Positions 17,121 to 23,728 of a stretch of 25,603 nucleotides of DNA are shown here, piece after piece. Origin of the DNA: a virus (taxonomy: Duplodnaviria > Caudoviricetes). Below the pieces are notes generated by a model. The model was not told the DNA's origin, searched no databases, and worked only from the letters and a program-made list of their open reading frames with translations. Made by a program: the position numbers and the translations under genes. Where the stretch lies: IMG/VR virus record IMGVR_UViG_3300022857_000586, positions 1 through 25,603 of that record; one strand, 5' to 3'. Position 1 is the first letter of the stretch. The number at the start of each line of letters is the position of its first letter.

Positions 17121-18551
17121 TTAGAGGTATACTCTTCCAGATGATGCCGAGAATTCTTGGCCGAGGCCGCGAACAAGGATCACATGATAGAACAAGGATG
17201 CTCCGAAGATATAATCAACAACACCATATCGAGTCATAAGACCAACCCTTGGGCTGAAATCATTAGGACCGATGGTTCGTTGAATCATTACGGGAATATA
17301 AGGACAATAAACTATGCCAGTGTCGTAATATTCTGCACCTTTGTAACCTAGTAAAGCGTATTCAAGAGCAGCGTCTCTCGCTCCGGATAGGAACTGGGCG
17401 TCAGTTCTGGTGTCGCGGTAGACTGTGAAGCGGCCTCCGAGATTACCAACCTTGGCAATGCCAGTAGGTTGTGTATTCACGTTACCATTCACACTCATCC
17501 ACTGAAACTCAGGCAACATTTCCAAAATCGCACAAACTCTAGGAGTTGCGATGATGAAGTTAGCAGCACCACGCCTGTTACGGATCGCGATACGGTTTGC
17601 TTCAACAATGATCTTGGAATAGAAGTCTCGGTTTCTCTCTCCGAGCCAACGTGCGTCAGCCGAAGCAGCATACCAGAAGCTATAACCATTTCCTGCACCT
17701 GCTGTGAGGGCTACTTGGATCATTCTGATAACCATTTCACGGTCGATTTCGGCCTGTAACTCATACGACATTGCGTTGGTGAGTTCAGAATCGATATCGA
17801 GACCGTTCATGTTCTTCAAGTCCTGCTCTAGTTCAACAGACCAACGCGCTGCAAGGCGGCGGGTGCCAGCTTCGACAGCGGTTTTGCTGAATTCGACGGT
17901 TACTTGAGGAATATTACCAGTTAGCTCAAACTGACTTAGGATCGCAGCAACACCTTGATCGGATTCGAGGATATTGAAACCCGCGTTTCCTGTTAGGGCT
18001 TGCGAGCTTGTGCCAGTAAAGCGTGTATCTAAGTGTTGATAGCCTAGTTCTTTTCCATCGGCACCGGATCTTTCGATTCCTGCGCCGTAGGTGGTTTTGC
18101 CATTGGCATAACCATCGATGCCATTGGCACCTAAACTATCAGCCTCATAGCGGTAACGGAGAGCGAATGCGAGTCCGACTGGACCACTCATTGGCTGAAC
18201 ACCGACAATCTCATTGGTAATCAACTCTGGGAACGTACGTCGAACCATTGGTATTAATACCTTTGGTAGACGAGCATCGCCCGTAGCATAATTATCGCCA
18301 GAAAATGCGCCAGCAGTTCCTTGGTGAGATCCGAAGACTCCACCAGTTGCGGCTGAATTACCAGCCTCCTGCAAACACCATTTTTCTTGGTTTTCCATGA
18401 GAATAGCTGTATTTAGGCGGGTGTGTTCGTTGGAAATAGGACTAACTTTGTCAGAACTATGATCGAGAACAGGTTCCCACTTTTCTACAAGCTGTTGTGC
18501 GCGTGAACGGTCAATAAAGCCGGTTGCGGGTTTTACATTTTTAATACTCAT
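17121..18551 (-). CDS. gp23: Major capsid protein, T4 gp23-like
   Basis: LVEKWEPVLD, TAILMENQ, LIPMVRRTFPELITNEIVGVQPMSGPVGLAFALRYRY, WSVELEQDLKNMNGLD, EIDRE, YCPYIP, FSPRVGLMTRYG. Confidence 0.98.
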   Translation of the reverse strand: MSIKNVKPATGFIDRSRAQQLVEKWEPVLDHSSDKVSPISNEHTRLNTAILMENQEKWCLQEAGNSAATGGVFGSHQGTAGAFSGDNYATGDARLPKVLIPMVRRTFPELITNEIVGVQPMSGPVGLAFALRYRYEADSLGANGIDGYANGKTTYGAGIERSGADGKELGYQHLDTRFTGTSSQALTGNAGFNILESDQGVAAILSQFELTGNIPQVTVEFSKTAVEAGTRRLAARWSVELEQDLKNMNGLDIDSELTNAMSYELQAEIDREMVIRMIQVALTAGAGNGYSFWYAASADARWLGERNRDFYSKIIVEANRIAIRNRRGAANFIIATPRVCAILEMLPEFQWMSVNGNVNTQPTGIAKVGNLGGRFTVYRDTRTDAQFLSGARDAALEYALLGYKGAEYYDTGIVYCPYIPVMIQRTIGPNDFSPRVGLMTRYGVVDYIFGASLFYHVILVRGLGQEFSASSGRVYL

Positions 18552-18593
18552 ATTATTACTTTCTTTCTATGGGATACAAAATTGGTGGACGTA

Positions 18594-19487
18594 TTATTTA
18601 GTAATACGTTCCAATTCACTCAGATATCCGCTAACAGGACTGTTTGCCCCATTAGTTTTAACGACTCCTTCAGAAACAAGCTGTGTGGGTTTAGCATCAC
18701 GACTGATAGCAGTCTTGGTTGCAGCAACCGCTGACTTCTGTGTTTCTTCCTGTTCGCCGTTTTCGAACATCTCAACAACATAATTGAAATTTTCTCTGAT
18801 GTATGTTACATCCTTATCTTCGAGAAGTTTAATGATAAATTCTTTTTTAGCAGATGCCATTCCTTTAGTTTTACCTTCAAGGATCATTGCAGTCTTAACT
18901 TTGCCTAACTCACGATGTAGTTTAGCATTTTGGTCGTTGGCCTCGCTCAACAAACCAGCCATCTTGTCAAGTTTGTTCTTTCCCAACTTAACAACCGACT
19001 TAACATTCTCTTGAACCATTTCCGGATCAAAAGAAACCAATTTACGGATATCATTCAATTGCTTGCGAGCGTGTGTGTTTTTAACCGCTTCTTGGATTTG
19101 TGTGTAAGGAATTTTCTTTTCCAAATACATGGAAATAAATTTATCGAGATCGCAAATGATCTTATTCGAGAAAGTAGATGCTTTCTCGTCGATTGACTTC
19201 TTATAGAAGTTAATGATATTACCAAGTTTCTTGGTGTGTGACTCTGTAATAGCTTTAACAACAATTTTTAACTTATCACAATGATCGGTGTCCGATTTTT
19301 CTAAAATATGGTTCAATTTAGCAGCATGATCTTCATCTTGCTCGAACAAAGCCTTTTCAACGGCCAAAGAAACTCTAGCATCGGACTTTTCTTTAACTGC
19401 TGAGTCAAATGCTTCTGCGATTGCAGAAGCAGTTTCTTCGGTAATTAGATTTGGATCTAAATTTTTGAGAAGTTTTTTGAGTTCCAT
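18594..19487 (-). CDS. gp22: Prohead core scaffold protein, T4 gp22-like
   Basis: Helical/coiled-coil 297 aa directly upstream of gp23; LITEETASAIAEAFDSAVKEK N-terminus; several [LIV]-x-E sites; TATAAGTA at 19503-19510. Confidence 0.85.
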   Translation of the reverse strand: MELKKLLKNLDPNLITEETASAIAEAFDSAVKEKSDARVSLAVEKALFEQDEDHAAKLNHILEKSDTDHCDKLKIVVKAITESHTKKLGNIINFYKKSIDEKASTFSNKIICDLDKFISMYLEKKIPYTQIQEAVKNTHARKQLNDIRKLVSFDPEMVQENVKSVVKLGKNKLDKMAGLLSEANDQNAKLHRELGKVKTAMILEGKTKGMASAKKEFIIKLLEDKDVTYIRENFNYVVEMFENGEQEETQKSAVAATKTAISRDAKPTQLVSEGVVKTNGANSPVSGYLSELERITK

Positions 19488-19750
19488 ATTATTTTGTGTA
19501 ATTACTTATACTTATTCATCAACAGTTTGTGTTTTTTTCGAATAATAATTTAATTTGTTCGATTTTTTAAATTCTGTTCTGCTCATAAGGGTTGTAGGTT
19601 AGTGTAATAAAAACACTGCGATTGTTCTTCCGACAACACGAAAATTAATAACCTTCTTCGATGCCATCTAACCCGTCTGCAAATATTGCAGTGTCCGGGA
19701 GATCTGCTGATGATAATCCTATTTTCTTATTAAGAATGATATCGATAATT

Positions 19751-19930
19751 TTAACGGCAACATTTCTTGGATCGTTTAGACTTACCACAACCATCGGTTT
19801 CTTTAACAGCCTTGTTAACCTTAACCTTAACCTTTTCGGTGAGAATAGCATCAAGGTTTTTGTCGGCATCCGAATATTTGTTCTCGCAAACATTCATAAT
19901 GAGTTTGGAATATAATGATTTAAGATTCAT
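19751..19930 (-). CDS. Small prohead core protein candidate (59 aa; gp67/gp68-like by position)
   Basis: MNLKSLYSKLIMNVCENKYSDADKNLDAILTEKVKVKVNKAVKETDGCGKSKRSKKCCR*. ATG 8 nt after the gp21 stop; below the 60-aa track cut-off; helical-hairpin pattern. Confidence 0.7.
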   Translation of the reverse strand: MNLKSLYSKLIMNVCENKYSDADKNLDAILTEKVKVKVNKAVKETDGCGKSKRSKKCCR

Positions 19931-19938
19931 AATAATAA

Positions 19939-21699
19939 TTAGAGTTTCTTGATTGCATTAATGAAATTAATGACTTGTTCTTTAAGGAATTCTTGTTGAG
20001 CCTTCTTGGGAAGTTTGGAAATACTCTTTTCAAAATCAGCATAAACTGGTTCGAATAAACCGGATTCACCAACAAGCCATTTCTTAGATTCTAAGATACC
20101 ATTAACAAAGGCAGTTGGAACCGAGGGGTCAGCCACAACATCAACGGCAACCAGATGGATTTCCGAAACCATTGATTTACCACCCTTTTCGTCGAGCCGT
20201 CCAAGTGCTCTAGAAGATACACCCAACTTAACACCATCCATAATAAGTGACTTAACAATATTACCCATAGGAGTAGAAAGAATCTTAGATTTTCCTAAAA
20301 ATATATTACCATCTTGTTTAAGTTCGGTAACAACATGGCAAACCCGTTCTAGGTTAACCGTTGCTGAATTTCCAGTCCAAAAGGACTTTCCGTTATCCAT
20401 GCAATAAAAATTTCCATGTTTTACTGTGACACAATAAACTCTCCCTGAAAAATCATCCACTGGTGTTATTTTTAAAAATCGAGAATCTAAATGGATATTA
20501 TTAGTGCTTGATATATTTAATTGATACAATATAGATTTATTTTCTGCCTTTATCAAACGACCCGCAAAGTAATAATCCGATTCTGCTTCAATCTCTCTAA
20601 TATTTCCACAACCGCCCGATTTGAATAAAATTTCATTCAAATCTAATATAAGCTGTTCTGATGTTGAAAACACATTTCGAAAATCGTATCCATCACAATT
20701 TCCAAATCGACCATCTCCTAAATTAAACCAATATACCAATTCGTCCAATAATGTAGAATCTAAATTTTTAAATTCTTTTGCGATTTTTTTATTATAACAT
20801 GTTGTGCCAAAATTATTTTTAAGATATTCGGCTAATCGATAATCTAACAATTTAAAAATTGATGTGCCGCTATCGGTGATAGTTTCAGACCATTTCATTT
20901 CATCTGGAAATTCCGAAAGCATCTCTCTTATTTTTATAACAATGTCTGATTTCTTTTGAGTTATTCCCACAATCGTTTTTTCCGATTTTACAGTCCACCC
21001 CTCAGATAACCAAATTCCTAAAAATTTAACAAATGTTTCATATTTAATATAAGAATCGGTTTCTGGATTTATATTATATCTACCAACGTCCTTAATATTT
21101 TTTAACCCTTCTAATTTAAATAATTCGGGGGTTTCAGAAACCCAATTTCCTTGCTTTGGTATAGTCGAGTGGTTATATTTATTTCGATTATTATATAATT
21201 CCTCGGCTGTGACGAAAGATGGTTTATTATATCGATCATAAACTAAAAATCTATGATTTGGAGTTACCTTTGTATCAATATTTCTACCTTTAATATGGTA
21301 TAATTTACCAGTATATGCGTCATCTATCTTTTTATCGATCTGATGTAATTCAATTTCGCGTGTATCTGGATTTAGAGAATAAACCATCTCTTCATTATCA
21401 ATATCTTTCAAAAATTTCCAACCATCTCCCGTCAGAATTTTAGCTGTTTCAAGATGACAGTTCGGATGTTCAAGCTCACCAGTAGCTCGATTATTTTTAA
21501 TCATTTCCGTATTATATCTATCAACTTCTTTTACCATCTCTTCCAATGGATAAATTCTATTATTTCTATTAGCCAAATCAGCCATTAAAAATGGTCCTTG
21601 AATATGCATTGTCGAAGGCGTATTTCGATTTTTTTCTTCGATGAGATATTTTACATCGTAATTAGGTTGTTCGACTATAAGTTGAAAAGCATTTTCCAT
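19939..21699 (-). CDS. gp21: Prohead maturation protease, T4 gp21-like, containing an intein (spliced length 222 aa)
   Basis: IQGPFLMADLANRNNRIYP, RATGELEHP (catalytic His), KILSTPMGNIVKSL, LGVSSRALG (catalytic Ser), DVVADPSVPTAFV. Confidence 0.95.
   Translation of the reverse strand: MENAFQLIVEQPNYDVKYLIEEKNRNTPSTMHIQGPFLMADLANRNNRIYPLEEMVKEVDRYNTEMIKNNRATGELEHPNCHLETAKILTGDGWKFLKDIDNEEMVYSLNPDTREIELHQIDKKIDDAYTGKLYHIKGRNIDTKVTPNHRFLVYDRYNKPSFVTAEELYNNRNKYNHSTIPKQGNWVSETPELFKLEGLKNIKDVGRYNINPETDSYIKYETFVKFLGIWLSEGWTVKSEKTIVGITQKKSDIVIKIREMLSEFPDEMKWSETITDSGTSIFKLLDYRLAEYLKNNFGTTCYNKKIAKEFKNLDSTLLDELVYWFNLGDGRFGNCDGYDFRNVFSTSEQLILDLNEILFKSGGCGNIREIEAESDYYFAGRLIKAENKSILYQLNISSTNNIHLDSRFLKITPVDDFSGRVYCVTVKHGNFYCMDNGKSFWTGNSATVNLERVCHVVTELKQDGNIFLGKSKILSTPMGNIVKSLIMDGVKLGVSSRALGRLDEKGGKSMVSEIHLVAVDVVADPSVPTAFVNGILESKKWLVGESGLFEPVYADFEKSISKLPKKAQQEFLKEQVINFINAIKKL
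20368..21459 (-). mobile_element. Intein (364 aa) with LAGLIDADG homing endonuclease
   Basis: Block A CHLETAKILTGDGWK; block B KVTPNHRF; LAGLIDADG-like FLGIWLSEG and FNLGDG; block F/G VYCVTVKHGNFY...WTGN followed by +1 Ser. Removal restores GELEHPN-SATVNLERVCH. Confidence 0.95.
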
Positions 21700-21775
21700 G
21701 TGTATTGTTATAAAGTATTTATCATATATGTTTACAATATCTAATATTTGTGAGATATTATTAATAAGTAATATT

Positions 21776-22195
21776 ATGAAAGACGACGATAGCCTTATTT
21801 TAGAATCACTTTATATCAAAGTTAATGAATATTACCATGATGATGGTGGTAATGCATCTAATCCTTATACAGTAACGATTGAGGATCAGGCTATGGTTGT
21901 GATCAACGGTGACGAATACTATGGTATCGGTGATGTTGAAGTATCTTGGGAATCAACTCCTGAACAAAAACAAACTTATACAGATCCGGGTATACCAGCT
22001 AGTGTCGAAATTTTGGATTTCGATTTTGATGAAAATTTCAGAATTGTTAAAGTTGATGAAGTTTCTGGTAACGAAATTCCTATTACACCTGAAATGGTTG
22101 GTGAGCATGTATATATTCGTTTATTAAGAGCACTTAAAGCCGAAGCCGAGGCTTATGCATCCAACAAGACTGAACAATACGTTCAATCTGTTTAA
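21776..22195 (+). CDS. Acidic hypothetical late protein (139 aa), possible capsid-internal protein
   Basis: TAAGTA (21765-21770) lies 5 nt before ATG 21776, so the start is moved from 21698. About 29 D/E versus 9 K/R by hand count. Confidence 0.75.
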   Translation: MKDDDSLILESLYIKVNEYYHDDGGNASNPYTVTIEDQAMVVINGDEYYGIGDVEVSWESTPEQKQTYTDPGIPASVEILDFDFDENFRIVKVDEVSGNEIPITPEMVGEHVYIRLLRALKAEAEAYASNKTEQYVQSV

Positions 22196-22647
22196 ACTGT
22201 TAAATGTTTATCGGTTAAAATGATAAATTTATAACCTTTTTGTTTGGCATACTGTTCAGCAGCTTGCCATTTGGCATTATTGACTGCCCATGTATAACTT
22301 TCATACATAATAGTCTTCTTGGCCTTACGTGGTGTAATGATCGGTGCCATAGTTTGTCTTTCGGGCTTAACTTCGATCAAAAATTTTTGGTTAGATCCAT
22401 CGGTTCTACGCATTTCACACACTAAATCTATAAAATACCGATGTATTTTACCGTCTGGTCCTTGATATGGAACCACTACGCTTTCCGAACCCCAGGTTAA
22501 CACGTTAGAATTATTATCCATCCACCTAAATGCCTTTATTTCCAAACCTGATCGGTAAATTATGGGGATAGACCCCTTATATTTTTCAGGATGTTGAGCA
22601 TTATAAATCCCTTGTTTATATTTGGGATTTTTTCTAAGATTTTTCAT
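22192..22647 (-). CDS. gp4: Head completion nuclease, T4 gp4-like (TnsA-type PD-(D/E)XK)
   Basis: KYKQGIY...PEKYKG...IIYRSGLE...WMDNNSNVLTWGSESVVVPY...HRYFID...IEVKPERQT...VNNAKWQAA...FIILTDKHL. Confidence 0.93.
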   Translation of the reverse strand: MKNLRKNPKYKQGIYNAQHPEKYKGSIPIIYRSGLEIKAFRWMDNNSNVLTWGSESVVVPYQGPDGKIHRYFIDLVCEMRRTDGSNQKFLIEVKPERQTMAPIITPRKAKKTIMYESYTWAVNNAKWQAAEQYAKQKGYKFIILTDKHLTV

Positions 22648-22851
22648 TTGAGTAAATTATTTTTATCAACAATTACTAATAGATTATATCCAGCGTCTCT
22701 AGTTTTTTTTAAATTTTTTATTATTTAAGTATCTATTTAGGTTGAGTGTATATTTTGATTTAATTTCTATAACGGTATTTAACATTTTAACATAAAAATC
22801 GGGATAATAATGTTTGTGTTTTACTTCTGTATCACATCCGCTTAAAATCAT
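22644..22851 (-). pseudogene. Truncated, frameshifted PD-(D/E)XK (TnsA-like) endonuclease remnant
   Basis: MILSGCDTEVKHKHYYPDFYVKMLNTVIEIKSKYTLNLNRYLNNKKFKKN*(TAG 22699). Deleting one A from the A8 run (22703-22710) continues as KKTRDAGYNLLVIVDKNNLLK*. The YYPDF...IEIK nuclease motif is intact. Confidence 0.7.
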
Positions 22852-23708
22852 GCACAGAAAAATCTAGGTGGTTCAGCATCATAACCGCTGGTTATCATTT
22901 GAGCTTCTAATGCTTCCTTTTCTTTGATACCTTGTTGGAAAATATCACTATAATTGACTTGTTGACCACCAAATAAAATTGTTCCCGTATATTTTCCACG
23001 AATATATCCAATATTTTCTTTGACAAGTGCCATTGTATATTTCCAAACCCACAATTGAGGGACAATTTCTTTAATAGGTTTAAGAATTTTACACCCAACC
23101 ACCCCAAAATAAGGATTTCCACTTTGACTGGGTTCTGGTATAACTCTTAGTACTTGTTCTTCTGGATAAAATCTAATATATGGTGTCATACCTAACAATT
23201 TTTCACGAGTATCCAACCAAGATTTAAGCATGTGCCATGTGACAAGATCATATCCCATATTACCCAACAGATGACCGAAATACGCTTGTTGTGCAATAGT
23301 GTTTTCGATTGTGAACAAAGTATTGACACCTGAGTTGTTACCTTGTTCGAACGAATGGACTTCGACAACTTTGCGATATTCGTTCATATCATAATCCCAC
23401 CCAGAACTCAATTGGGTAGTCCCGGTCTGCATTAAATTAGGCGTTATATTGATTAGTTTACCAATTTCCAGTCCATATCCTCTTTGATATAGATCTGATC
23501 GAAATATTAAGAATTCCTCGGTTAATCCAGCGAATTTGGTGAAAAATTCACACGCCATATCGATACATTCATAGATCTGTTCATTTGCGGCTTCTACATC
23601 AATCATAGGTTCTCCTAAAGATCGTCTAACACGTTGAGCTAACAGTTCATAGCTAGTAATCCTTGGTGAGAACGTTGTTGATCCAAAATTGGTTGGTAAT
23701 ACAGACAT
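22848..23708 (-). CDS. gp13: Neck / head-tail adaptor protein, T4 gp13-like
   Basis: LAQRVRRSLGEPMIDVE...QIYECIDMACEFF; WVWKYTMALVKENIGYIRGKYTGTILFGGQQVN; GIKEKEALEAQM; PPRFF terminus. TAAGTA at 23718-23723. Confidence 0.9.
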   Translation of the reverse strand: MSVLPTNFGSTTFSPRITSYELLAQRVRRSLGEPMIDVEAANEQIYECIDMACEFFTKFAGLTEEFLIFRSDLYQRGYGLEIGKLINITPNLMQTGTTQLSSGWDYDMNEYRKVVEVHSFEQGNNSGVNTLFTIENTIAQQAYFGHLLGNMGYDLVTWHMLKSWLDTREKLLGMTPYIRFYPEEQVLRVIPEPSQSGNPYFGVVGCKILKPIKEIVPQLWVWKYTMALVKENIGYIRGKYTGTILFGGQQVNYSDIFQQGIKEKEALEAQMITSGYDAEPPRFFCA

Positions 23709-23728
23709 ATTAATAATTACTTATGATG

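Noticed and set aside
19815-19833. (TTAACC)3 short tandem repeat
   Set aside because: Encodes KVKVKV in frame; too short to imply a function.
19645-19952. Track ORFs 19645-19893 (-) at full length, 19661-19915 (+) and 19767-19952 (+)
   Set aside because: They overlap the better-supported 59-aa ORF 19751-19930; only the distal part of the first is kept as a tentative finding.
21698-21775. Longer upstream starts for the 21698, 13287 and 14991 ORF calls
   Set aside because: In each case the TAAnTA box lies inside the extension just before a downstream ATG, so the shorter start is preferred.
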